Shown in pieces: positions 1 to 11,408 of a stretch of DNA of 64,000 nt. This DNA comes from Chara braunii (taxonomy: Eukaryota > Plantae > Charophyceae), in NCBI GenBank assembly GCA_003427395.1, contig BFEA01000026.1:5531251-5595250 (forward strand), given 5' to 3'. Position 1 is the stretch's first letter. Every line of letters starts with the position of its first letter. The translations under genes were made by a program, and so were the position numbers. The notes under the pieces are model-generated. The model saw nothing but the letters and a program-made list of their open reading frames with translations. It made no database searches and was not told the origin of the DNA.

Positions 1-59
1 GCTGGAGGTTGTGTAACACCTACTATTCAAAAAAAAAAAAAAAAAAGTTACCGGAAAAC

Positions 60-125
60 CAGAGGCATGATGATGATTTGTAAAAAAAAAAAACAAAAAA
101 AACAGAGGCATGATGATGATTTGTA
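60..125 (+). mobile_element. Poly(A)-only retro-insertion with 23-bp target-site duplication
   Basis: CAGAGGCATGATGATGATTTGTA at 60-82 and 103-125 flanks a 20-nt A-tract. Confidence 0.7.
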
Positions 126-870
126 TATGATGACAGCAGTACGGGAGGGTCAACAGAGGGACTATGACTATGTGGAAAAGGGGACTACCGGCCAAAAGGT
201 ATGGCAAAACAAGGTACGATACGTGGACGGTGTGACAGATGGGGGGTAAAGTAAGTACAATAGGAGACTTGTGGAGAGTAAAAGGAGTGTGCTAGGGACT
301 GGATGAAAGAGAAGGGCAATATAGGCACACAGGGGTGCTGGAAAGGGGGTGAGGGAAAAGGGAGGGTTGGGCCTTATAAGGATACAAGGGGGTGGGGGTG
401 GGGGTGGGGATGAGTAGCTGCGGGGTAGTGGGTGATGCCTGGGTACCAAGGGGAGTATCCCGGTTGTTCGCACTCCACATCTTTCTTCTCCCCTGCGAGG
501 TGTTGATTGAAATTTGAAAGACATCTTATGCTTGCCGGTGATAAGCAACCGGACAGGTGGCCCCCAGAATAGAAGGGGTTGTGTGTGTCAACTGACAGAT
601 CACAACTCACAACTTATAACCCACAGCAATCATACCTGCCTATGACTGTACTATACACAACAGACAATACGAACAGCCCACTACAGTCAAACGTGCACCT
701 ACATAGCATGCCTACTTAAGGCTGTTAGAAACACGGATGGAACCCAGGGCATACCATAGCTCAGTCGGTACAAAGTAGATCAAACATACACATAGCATGC
801 TTACTCCTCATCAGATGTATAATGGGACGCTGGGAAGCGGGTTGTTTCTGGAAAAAAAAAAAAAAAAAAA

Positions 871-1052
871 GAGTTATAAATTCATAATTGCACTATGGGG
901 CAACATACAGTTTGCAATTGCACTTCGGCCACCCTACCTGGCCAGAAGGCTGGGTTGTATACATTGCCCGACCTGAAATTCGAAACTGTATCTTGGTCGG
1001 TCGCCGGTAGTGCAATTATAACTCATTTTTGTGACTCTCGCGTAGTTTCCCC
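871..1052 (+). mobile_element. Palindromic MITE-like element, copy 1 (GAGTTATAA...TTATAACTC hairpin plus tail)
   Basis: Long imperfect inverted arms. Homologous to 20604-20775 (minus) and 34976-35155 (plus). Confidence 0.75.
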
Positions 1053-1299
1053 AAGAAGGGGTAACTTCAGTAGGTCACAAAAACGAGTTACAGAATCTCG
1101 GTTGCTTTTTTACTTGGGAGTCCCTGTGAGAGGCGGGGAGCAATAGATTGCCTGTTAAAGTCTCTTTTTTTTCCCAGTTTTTTTCTTTATCGTGAGTGGA
1201 AACAAAGGCCTCCTTTGTATTTCATAGAGGGCAGTAGAGGTACCACCCTCTTTTTTCCATGTTCTGGTAGCCTGGTACCCATCACTTTCAGGCTCGGCT

Positions 1300-1421
1300 G
1301 GTGCAGCTCCCCATCAATAGATTGGAGCCATCTTCTATTGGGGTCCTATTAGCGGAGGGTGCTCCTATCACCTCTTCGAATAGGCCCCTTCCAGATGTTA
1401 AAAAAAAAAAAAAAAAAAAAA
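1300..1421 (+). mobile_element. Retroposed LINE 3' tail (pseudoknot, loop hairpin, polyA)
   Basis: GGTGCAGCTCCCCATCAATAGATTGGAGC, then a hairpin with TGCTCCTATCA loop, then an A-tract. Confidence 0.65.
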
Positions 1422-1933
1422 GGCGCGGAGGGCATTTTTAGGCTGGCATCAATCGCTGGGCAAGGTACTGTTGGTTTAAGGCATTGCCTAAATGCCTAAA
1501 TAACTATAAGTCATCGTCTCAATTATGAAATCAGTGTTCCAGTTATTCCTTGGTCATAAATTCCTCTGTTCACAATTTGTCAAAGTTTCAAACTCCAATT
1601 TTGATTTTGATTTTTTTTTTGACGTTTCTAAATTTCGATTTTTTTCACGCCTTATAAACTCTTCAATGCTATATATGCCAGATTTCAATCGAGTTGATCA
1701 TGAATTTCATAGCTTTTTCAAAGCGTTTTCTGATTTAAAAAAGAAAAGGTCTTCATCAATCATCAGCAATCATGGATTACTGCAAGCTTCTGCGGAAACC
1801 TGATCCATGATTCCAGTGGCGTCAGAGGCTCATCCGATGTCAGACGAAGCTACGATGATCAGTGCTCGAGTTTAGTTGATGCCAGAACAATGCTGGCCAT
1901 TGCTGGGGCATTTGCCGTGTAACCTGGATAGGC

Positions 1934-1935
<2 letters not shown>

Positions 1936-2020
<85 letters not shown>
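1936..2020. repeat. (AG)n microsatellite
   Basis: Perfect dinucleotide run. Confidence 0.95.
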
Positions 2021-2024
<4 letters not shown>

Positions 2025-2059
2025 TACGGAAGACAAAGGCTACATTGCTATAGTTTTGG

Positions 2060-2277
2060 TGGAGACAGGGCAATCAATGCTGGCAGGCCTCATAATCATG
2101 CTTCTCAAACAACTCTATTTTTGATTCTGTATATGGGACGCTGGACCCGGTTTCCAGCAGGTGATGCTCCCCACCAATAGATGGAGCCTCCCCCTGGGTG
2201 CTAGTGGTGACTGCTCGTATCAGCAGCACTAGCACTGGCAGGGGGGATGTTTTTTGTATAAAAAAAAAAAGAAAAAG
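2060..2277 (+). mobile_element. 5'-truncated LINE 3'UTR fragment with full terminal module
   Basis: CAGGGCAATCAATGCTGGCAGG is shared with the LINE 3'UTR at about 14553. Module at 2135-2247, then A-tract. Confidence 0.8.
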
Positions 2278-2503
2278 AGGCCTGGTAGAGAAATCTGGGG
2301 ATTTGTAGACGGTCGAAGACAATCCAGTGGCCAACTGGGGGCTTCGGCCACGGCAACGGTGAACCGTCGGTGGTCGGAGCTGGGGTGGGTCCCGCTGCCC
2401 TGTAGCATAGCATGTTGGGAGTGTGAGGCTGGGCAATAGTCCTGGCAGAAGCAACAGGACAGCTATGACTGGTTTAGGTTAGGCCTGCAGTGCCATTTCG
2501 AAT

Positions 2504-2544
<41 letters not shown>

Positions 2545-2803
2545 AATGTGGTTGTTTGGTAGATGTGAGGTTAGAAGTTGTTCATGAATTACATGGCATT
2601 TTCTGGAAGTCCAATTACTTAGTGATTACTATCATCATACCATTGTCATCATCATCATCACCATCATATCCTTAGCAGAAGCCGGGTAACGGCCCCCGTA
2701 TTTCAGCTGTAGAATTTCATGAGGGACGCTGGGCCTGGTTCCCAGCACATGCTGCTCCCCACGAATAGATTGGAGCATTTATAAAAAGAAGGGGGAAAAA
2801 AAA
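2278..2803 (+). mobile_element. Short copy of the repeat-bodied non-autonomous retroelement (see 20930-22781)
   Basis: Shares GAGGCCTGGTAGAGA...GGTCGGAGCTGGGG units, AGCCGGGTAAnGGCCCC and the CACG-type module (2723-2776). Confidence 0.55.
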
Positions 2804-3049
2804 GATGGGAATAGCTGCTATACCCAGTCCCAATGCCCAACTTGCACCTATACCCGGACCCTGTTCAACTTAACGTACTACCCAAATTTTCCCGTGTGAA
2901 ATTGCACACATACGCACAGCCCCCTGGTACAGGACCATGAAATTATGGTCATGACCAGAAACAGAGCTGGCATAATTGTGGCTGTACCCACACTGAAATG
3001 GCATTTCAAATTCGCGAATGCACGCCACCCCTCTTCCCCACATTCCCGT

Positions 3050-3161
3050 ACAGAGAGAGAGAGAGAGAGTCGAGTGAGGCCTGATGTGTGTGTGTGTGTG
3101 AGACAGAGAGAGAGAGAGGCACGTACCTGTCAATTGGCGAGTGCGTGCGTGTGTGTGTGTG

Positions 3162-3219
<58 letters not shown>
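3050..3219. repeat. (AG)n/(TG)n compound microsatellite next to a gap
   Basis: Direct observation. Confidence 0.9.
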
Positions 3220-3600
3220 NNNNNNNNNNNNNNNNNNNNNNNNNNNNNNNNNNNNNNNNNNNNNNNNNNNNNNNNNNNNNNNNNGGGGGAAGGAAGGGGC
3301 AAGGTTCCACTAGCAGAGAGGATTGGATTAAGCGCCTGAATCTGAACATGTTTAGTGCCAAGACGCAGAAATCACTATTTTCTGCAAACAAGTCCAGATT
3401 CAGGCCTTGAATCTGAATCTAACCCTCTTTGGTGGACAGCTGTGGCCAAACAGCCCCTGGGTATGAGGATAACTTCGGCCACAGGGTAGTTGGGTATTAC
3501 TCAGTCCTGAGTATGCTCATAATTTGCCTGTGTATGTCCATAATTTGGACATTACTGTAGTGTGTTAGAAATTGCAGTGCCAACCTGGGTCTACCACTTC

Positions 3601-3741
3601 TCTTTTTTTTCTTTTTTTTAACAAAAACACCACTGAAGTCATTAGGAATGGTGATAAGAGCAGCCATTTCCTAATCACCCAGTTGAGACTCCAGTCTATT
3701 GGTGGGGAGTATCACCTGCTGGAAACCGGGTCCAGCGTCCC
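3601..3741 (-). mobile_element. Retroposed LINE 3' tail
   Basis: Reverse-complement module at 3688-3741, a hairpin with CTGCTCTTATCA loop, and a T-tract at 3601-3619. Confidence 0.75.
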
Positions 3742-3804
3742 TTATACAGGATATCAAAGTAGTAAAGTACCAAACATTACCCACCGATAGACTTGTGGAT
3801 GCGG

Positions 3805-4505
3805 CATGTTTTGAGTTCGCAAAGGCAGAAAAAGCAGGCAGTCGGCAACTTTGTCATGGCCCAAGTTCGAAAAGGCGGTTGTAACTCAAGCTGGCAGTGG
3901 TGTCAGGGTGGCGGTTTCGTTAAGGCGGTTGCGTTTTTTTAATTTTTTATTTTTCCGGCGTCAGTTTTTTTTTTTGCCGGGGGGGGTTAGTTTTTTTTTT
4001 TCGGTTTTTTTTGTTTTTTTTTCCCGCATGGCCAGGCCTCGATGTCTAGGCCACGCCCGCGATGTCTAGGCCACACCCGCGGCTGGGCCATGGCCGCGAT
4101 GTCTAGGCCATGCCCGCGGCTGGGCCACGACCGCGATGTCTAGGCCACACCTGCGGCTGGGCCACGGCCGCTATGTCTAGGCAACACCCACGGCTGGGCC
4201 ACGGCCGCGATGTCTAGGCCATGCCTGCGGCTGGGCCACAGCCGATGTCTAGGCCACACCCGCGGCTGGGCCACGGCCGCGATGTCTAGGCCACGCCCGC
4301 GGCTGGCCATGGCCATGATGGGCCACAGTCGCAGGAAAAAAAAAAAAAAAAAAACGAAAAAAAAAAAAAAAAAAAAAAAAACGCCATAACAAAACCGCCA
4401 CCCTGACACCACTGCCGGCCTGAGTTACAACCGCCTTGTCAAACTCAGGCCATGACAAAGTTGCAGACTGCCTGTTTTTTCTGCCCATTACAAACTCCCA
4501 TGTGA
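3805..4505. mobile_element. Foldback/MITE with about 110-130 bp TIRs and an internal ~38-bp minisatellite
   Basis: GGCAGAAAAAGCAGGCAGTC...GGTGTCAGGGTGGCGG (3824-3915) is inverted at about 4390-4487. Internal GATGTCTAGGCCACACCCGCGGCTGGGCCACGGCCGC repeats at 4040-4310. Confidence 0.8.
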
Positions 4506-4529
4506 CATAAACGTACTTCCCTCAAAATA

Positions 4530-5009
4530 CAAAATCCAATACCACCCATTTCACTTAAACGAACTGTTCGAACACGGTCATAAGTAGTACCTGCTAAAAA
4601 AAATAAGCTAGCACCAATTAAGCCATGAGAAATCATCAGGATAGCTTGAGGATGGCAGGGGCCAGGGGACGAAGCGAGACTTCACCGGTGCCCCCCAGTG
4701 TCTCCCCCCAGCCCCTGGCCCTGCTGCAGGACGAGACTGGAATGCAGGAGTGGATTGGACACATAGATCAGGTATGGGACGCTGGACCCGGTTTCCAGCA
4801 CAGTGGCGTCACTCTCATTGATGTACTATAATGATGTATCTAAGGGACGCTGGACCCGGTTTCCAGCAGGTGATGCTCCCCACCAATATATGGAGCGTTT
4901 AAAAAAAAAAAAAAAAAAAAAAAAACATGAGAAATCATCTGAGTGTGTTTAAAAAAAAAAAAAAAAGACAAATCATCTGACAAATTGCACCACTCAATCC
5001 TATATTTGT
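4530..5009 (-). pseudogene. ndhD: Plastid ndhD fragment (NUPT), interrupted by two retro-insertions
   Basis: Translation TNIGLSGAICQMI (5009-4970) joined to [33 protein letters not shown] (4636-4535) is typical NdhD. Confidence 0.85.
4638..4925 (+). mobile_element. ~290-bp SINE-like or truncated LINE insertion with 14-bp TSD
   Basis: TSD CATGAGAAATCATC at 4624-4637 and 4926-4939. Lone hairpin at 4776, full module at 4844-4896, then polyA. Confidence 0.85.
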
Positions 5010-6984
5010 ATATACATATATCGTCAAATAGAATATATATATCAGAGCCAGTGGGACCGAACCACCTCTTCAGTCCTGTACAGACTGCCATATAGATCAT
5101 GCAAACCTAGCGGTTCTATCCCTTCAATGACATGATAATGAAAATACACCCTTCATTGTTCCTCCCCCACCCCACCAAACCATTAAAGATCCCCCAAGGC
5201 TACCCCAGAGATAGAGAACAGTTCAAGGAAACATGCAGGTCCACCTCACTCTTGGGTATGCAAATAATTTCCATGGGCTGTTTCGCAGGTATAGATGGAA
5301 GTTGGGCGCTGGGACTAGGTGTAGCTGGTATTCCCATCTTCGAATGGGGTACAGATGCAATCTCCCCTAAAAACTAAGATTTTTAAACGTGTGTGTAACT
5401 GGACCCTTGCACGGAGTCTATCAGGATTTGAACTCAGTTCTGTATATCAACAGTTCATGGGTGGACATTCAGCCACATTGGCTGGGTGATCCTGACAATA
5501 GCTCTGCAAAAACCTTGGTGCAGCTTCAGCTAAAATGACCTTGGCATGTTCCCGTGTTGACGGTGTCATGTGTTGAGGAGATAGAGCAAGTTCTAAATTT
5601 CCATGGGTCATGCTTGTACNNNNNNNNNNNNNNNNNNNNNNNNNNNNNNNNNNNNNNNNNNNNNNNNNNNNNNNNNNNNNNNNNNNNNNNNNNNNNNNNN
5701 NNNNNNNNNNNNNNNNNNNNNNNNNNNNNNNNNNNNNNNNNNNNNNNNNNNNNNNNNNNNNNNNNNNNNNNNNNNNNNNNNNNNNNNNNNNNNNNNNNNN
5801 NNNNNNNNNNNNNNNNNNNNNNNNNNNNNNNNNNNNNNNNNNNNNNNNNNNNNNNNNNNNNNNNNNNNNNNNNNNNNNNNNNNNNNNNNNNNNNNNNNNN
5901 NNNNNNNNNNNNNNNNNNNNNNNNNNNNNNNNNNNNNNNNNNNNNNNNNNNNNNNNNNNNNNNNNNNNNNNNNNNNNNNNNNNNNNNNNNNNNNNNNNNN
6001 NNNNNNNNNNNNNNNNNNNNNNNNNNNNNNNNNNNNNNNNNNNNNNNNNNNNNNNNNNNNNNNNNNNNNNNNNNNNNNNNNNNNNNNNNNNNNNNNNNNN
6101 NNNNNNNNNNNNNNNNNNNNNNNNNNNNNNNNNNNNNNNNNNNNNNNNNNNNNNNNNNNNNNNNNNNNNNNNNNNNNNNNNNNNNNNNNNNNNNNNNNNN
6201 NNNNNNNNNNNNNNNNNNNNNNNNNNNNNNNNNNNNGAGGAGGGAGAAAAAACAGTATAGAGAGAGAGAAAGGAAGTGGAAGGGAAAGAAGTAGAGAAAG
6301 AAGAACACGGAATTGAGAGCGTGTTAGAGCGCAAAAGCTTTCTTCCGAAAAATAATAACGCGAAACTGAGAAACCGAGAAAGAAGATCACAGGTCAGGCT
6401 TGCGCAGATGCTGCTTTGGTGAGAAACATGTAGGGCCTCGCGCCGCAAAGTTTGGTGAGAAGGCCGTCACTCCACGACCTCACCACAGCCATCCTGTCAG
6501 ACAGCTGGTTTTCTTTGTCGTGAGTGAGCTGTGGTGAGTGGTCACCACAGCCACCATTTTCCGGCCTGCAGCAGCGGAGTTGTGGTGCCTCCTTTCTGGG
6601 GCTCACCAGACGTGGTGAGTCTCCCCCTGCCTGGACACCCTCCCCACCAACTGAAGGGGCACTGCCTTCTGATGAGAGTGTGAGTTTGGTGAGCTGGTGG
6701 AGTGAAGACGGAGTTGGTAAGAATTCACCCTGGTGACTCAGTGGTGAGCCCTCACCATGGCAAATTCCATTTGGTGAACGGTGGAGCGACACCCGTAGTG
6801 AGATTGGGGCCGGACCCTGAGTACCCCAATTTCCACTGTCTTTCCTCCCCGGCGCTCCCACAAGCTTGAACTGTGACGTACTCAATCTTTGACACGTATC
6901 TGGACTGTTGATGGACCAGATGCACCTGCAGTGATCGACCATAATGTATTGGAAGCACCAACAGCTCAATATACATTTAGGCCT

Positions 6985-7068
6985 GGCCGATTAGCTCAGT
7001 GGGTAGAGCGCCAGTTCGAAATGCATATTGTGGTCTGAGGTTGCAGGCTCAAAACTCTGCAGCCTCGC
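6985..7068 (+). mobile_element. tRNA-derived SINE head or tRNA pseudogene
   Basis: A-box TAGCTCAGTGGGTAGAGCG and a degenerate B-box GGCTCAAAAC. No intact cloverleaf. Confidence 0.5.
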
Positions 7069-7690
7069 GCATGGACACAGGCGGGAATTGACCAACGCAC
7101 GGCTGTTCGCACACTCCCATTGGGTTGCCACATGGTAAGGACTACAGAGTCCAGACACTGCCTGCTCCTCCCAAGGGGTTCAGGTCCATGGTTGTTGTAT
7201 GCTGGGATCTGGGTTATGAGAGGTTTGCCTAGTGTGCTTGGTCGGTGGATTGTTTCGACGATTGCCTGATGGTCCCTTGGTCTAGTGTGCAGCGCTTATA
7301 CAGGCTAGTGTACATAGTAGCTCATTTGGTTGAGCTGGGATGTCGTACGTATGAAGCCTAGGGTACACGTCCGCTAACTGTTCATACAACCATACAAACA
7401 CATACAAAACTGATTAAGGGCTCAATTTTCTGTTCAGCGTCCAGCAATACAACTATACACCCATACACATACAAAAACAAAAATAACTGGGAGAGATGGG
7501 CTGTAGACTGGTAGAAGAACAGATGGTGTCCCTTTTTTTTCCTTTTCTTTTTTGAGGAGGCCAGAGCGGCACTACTTCGTCCACCGACTGCTCAGTCTAT
7601 AGGAAAACTGAAAAGATCTCTGTTGAATGGCCTTGCTGTCATACCAAGCAATGATGGGTAGGAGGTTACCACGGCCTTCGTTCATGTTTC

Positions 7691-8100
7691 GTGGAACACT
7701 CTCAGTTGCTACCATGTGAGGACGACATTGTTAAGGCCTGGGAAGATGAGATGTTTGGTCTTCTCATTGCACCCATAGATAACAATGTTGGTCACTCTTT
7801 TGCATGCTGCCCTCTGACGTATCACAAGACTCTCGGAGGACATTATTGCAAGAGTGAGGGGTTTGTTGTGGATGACCGTCCGGAAAGCAAGATTTTGTGT
7901 GTTTGTAGAACTGCGCATTATGGGATACAGGTGCAGCGTTTGGCAACTTGGAATACGCGAGGAGCTCTTGGATCTGCATACGGAATCCCCAAGCACAAGG
8001 ACATGCGCAGATGGAGACCTATTACTCCCTCCTTTTCTGAACCAAGTGTGAAGGCTTGTAAGCTAATCTCCAAAGCAATCACGGCTTGTTATGGAGGATC
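7691..8100 (+). pseudogene. Penelope-like element reverse transcriptase fragment
   Basis: AYGIPKHKDMRRWRPI resembles the PLE RT motif YGLPK(I)HK...RPI. Truncated on both sides. Confidence 0.55.
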
Positions 8101-8359
8101 CCTAAATCTCAGCATTTTCTCTTTATTTATTGTATCTTAAAGGAAGAAGTGGTCCACATGTGACGCTCCCACCAGGCCCAAGAAAAATCGGGCAGGAGTT
8201 CCGCGCAGGGTGCCGCAGGGGACCGAGGAGGGCACGTCGGTTCGCGGGGGCGTATTTGCGATGTGGGTCGTGGTGGTGCGCGGGGGTGCCGATTCATTGG
8301 GGAAATTCACGGGGGCTGTATTTGCGACGAGGCCGGGCTGGGGGCCAGGGGGCCGAGGG

Positions 8360-8362
<3 letters not shown>

Positions 8363-8432
<70 letters not shown>

Positions 8433-8777
8433 NNNNNNNNNNNNNNNNNNNNNNNNNNNNNNNNNNNNNNNNNNNNNNNNNNNNNNNNNNNNNNNNNNNN
8501 NNNNNNNNNNNNNNNNNNNNNNNNNNNNNNNNNNNNNNNNNNNNNNNNNNNNNNNNNNNNNNNNNNNNNNNNNNNNNNNNNNNNNNNNNNNNNNNNNNNN
8601 NNNNNNNNNNNNNNNNNNNNNNNNNNNNNNNNNNNNNNNNNNNNNNNNNNNNNNNNNNNNNNNNNNNNNNNNNNNNNNNNNNNNNNNNNNNNNNNNNNNN
8701 NNNNNNNNNNNNNNNNNNNNNNNNNNNNNNNNNNNNNNNNNNNNNNNNNNNNNNNNNNNNNNNNNNNNNNNNNNNNN

Positions 8778-8834
<57 letters not shown>
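8363..8834. repeat. (AG)n microsatellite spanning an assembly gap
   Basis: Direct observation. Confidence 0.9.
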
Positions 8835-8838
<4 letters not shown>

Positions 8839-10118
8839 CCAGCCATGCACGCAGAGAGATAGAGAGAGGCTAGTTCCATCGATAGGACGAGCAAAATCTG
8901 AATGAATCAGAGACACACACACACATACATGCGTGTAGTAGTGTATATTTCGATGTTCTTTTTAAAAATAAAAAAAAAAGGGGCCCAATGCCCAAGGCTG
9001 ATATTATCAATGAGAAAATTGAGGCCAGGGTCATCACAGTCTACCCGGAAGAACCGGACAGAACCTGCTGAGAACCGGGCTTAGCGTCCCTCGTGTGATG
9101 AAGACGATTATAATGATGATGATTGTAGTGATGGTGATGATTGTAAAACAGAGGATTAATCTATCAAAAGATCACAGAAAACTATACTATAACAGCAATC
9201 CTGATTTTACCAACCCTAAGCAACTCTGGGACACAACCTCCAAGAGACAATAACATCCAAGCACGCATCAACCATACTTATCATGTTTTCGCCACCTAGA
9301 CTATTACCCTACCAACCCCCGCGCATCCCTACAACCCCCCCTTAGTCTTCTTCTTCTCGCGACGAGCCGACCTCCTCCACCACATAGCTCGCAAGATGAA
9401 GAACAGTAGTCAAGTGGGCTTGCATGGTCCCACGACGAGTAGTAGGTTGTTCTGGCGGCTCCCCCCTGTACACCACTGGATTACCTTCCACCCTCGACAA
9501 TCCCCAGATCTCTCTACAAGGCCTAGCGCTCCTACTACCTGAAGGTTACAGGTGTTACATCTTCGATGCCACACGGGTCCTACCGGACCCGACTTAGGGC
9601 CAGAGGGACACAGTAGGGCCTAAAGGCCCGGACTTGGGGTACAGCGGGCCGTAAAGGCCACGTTTTTTGGACCAGACCTGAGGGGTAGGCCCAAACGACA
9701 TTACCGTTTGGGCCTGGCGGCGCTCTTGAGGCTGCCGCCCGCCGGTCTGATCTGAGCCGATGATCTCGACGGTTCAGGTCACGGCCAGGCCTCGCAGCAT
9801 TGAGGCCGGCCTCGTTTCACGGGTACTAAAGACCGGTCCAGGCTCATTCTGAGGCATCGAGCCACTGGCATGCTGCATCAGCGCCAGTGTGTATCGGTTG
9901 AGGCAGAGCGCTATTCTTAGCGCAGGAGCAGAGCAGCAGCAGCAGCGCGAGCTAGCGCAGCAGTAGCACCGAGAAGAGGAGCCAGGCAGCGTTCATCAGC
10001 GCACGGCGGCCATAACCGCCTTCGACGCAGACAGCGGCCAGGTACCAGGAGACGAGGTCCCTTCCTCCCCCCACGGTCCAGGCTCCCCTCCTCACCTCCT
10101 CCTCCTCGGCCATCTGGT

Positions 10119-10205
10119 CTCTTCTTCTTCTTCTCCTTCTCTTCTTCTTCTTCTTCTTCTTCTTCTTCTTCTTCATCTTCTTCTTCAGACTTCTTCTTCT
10201 TCTTC
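10119..10205. repeat. (CTT)n microsatellite
   Basis: Direct observation. Confidence 0.9.
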
Positions 10206-11139
10206 AGATTGGAGACTTGATACTAGTTGGACAGAGATCAGTGTTGGACTTCGGTGGTAAGAGGCTGTGGTACTTACCGGATTCGAGACTTGGAGATTGT
10301 TGGGGTTGATACTCGGCAGCATCACAGATTGGACACCGGTTACATTAGGACTCTGTATCTCCGACATTGGTGACTTATTGTCCACGACATTTTGATCTTG
10401 TTCGATGACATTTTGGACTACCATATCGGTGACCTACTGGATTCTATCTCGGTGATATATGGCGCTACCTACATCTCCCACCTCCATCTCTCCTCCCACC
10501 TTTCATCTGTGTATGTGTGTACGGGGCCTGAGCATCGTCTATGATTGGCTCAGACCCCACCATCTCACGATTGTTTGTGTGTGGAGTGATATCTGTGTGA
10601 GTCAGTCTATGTGAGTCAGTCCATTTATCAGACTTTCGCTGCATACATGCTCATCCTATATTGGTTGATCTCTTGGTTCTGCCCATACTTGTTGAAGTAA
10701 TCACAAGTATGTAACACAGGGCAACGCCCCGGCATTGGCCAGCGTCGTTCTGGCATCGGTATACCAGGAGCACAGAACCAGACAACTCTGCTAACGACAG
10801 TCTGGATTTTAACTCTTGGAGTACTGCACCTCATAACAGCAAACCAGAAGTCACGAGGGGTGAAAGGACAGGACGCTTGATATAGCAATCAGATGATAAG
10901 AAAAGGAAAAATCTCCCCCCCTGCCTTCCTTCCTCCATTTCCTCAATTCCCCTGTCCCATCATTGCCTCCGCTGAAGAAAAAAGACTAATTGATCCTTCC
11001 TCTTCTGCTCCAACTAGATACAGTCCCACCTCATTTCCCCAGTGGCATACAGTTCGCACGCAAAGTATACCACTGTCTATCCCTTACCCTAATCTGGCCC
11101 CGCTATGGAGAGGAGAGGATCATCATCAGCAACTCCCTT

Positions 11140-11408
11140 CCGCACCCTGCTCAGTTAATCCTCTGGAAATCCAGAGTAATCAATGTTGGCAGGCTCTTCT
11201 CAGATATTCTGTAAAGTTTTCCTGTTTTCTGATTCAACGTTATTCCGTTTTGTATCAGGGACGCTGGACCCATTTTCCAGCAGGTGATGCTCCCCACCAA
11301 TAGATGGAGTCTCTCCTCAAGGTGTTAGTGGTGTCTGCTCTTACCAGCACCACTAACACTAGAGGGGCTGTTGAAAAAAAAAGAAAAAAAAAAAAAAAGA
11401 AAAAGAAA
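11140..11408 (+). mobile_element. LINE 3'UTR fragment with full terminal module and polyA
   Basis: Homologous to 14525-14769. Module at 11258-11367. Confidence 0.8.

Noticed and set aside
2135-2188. Dispersed ~55-bp module as a CRISPR repeat or attC-like cassette site
   Set aside because: Irregular spacing, both strands, attachment to polyA, TSDs and LINE ORF2 ends, eukaryotic context and no cas or integrase genes.
5130-5620. Very decayed LINE ORF2 relic (W..IICIPKSE); a similar weak signal at about 30250-30850
   Set aside because: Single weak motifs only, and boundaries cannot be supported.
5447-6448. Long ORFs spanning N-gaps or microsatellites (also about 8.1-8.9, 15.6-16.1, 31.4-32.4, 55.8-56.5, 57.7-58.4 and 61.8-62.6 kb)
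   Set aside because: Artefacts of N runs and dinucleotide repeats lacking stop codons.
6985-7068. Functional tRNA genes (also 38919-38998 and about 57067-57150 minus)
   Set aside because: Arms do not pair into a canonical cloverleaf; only A/B-box remnants remain.
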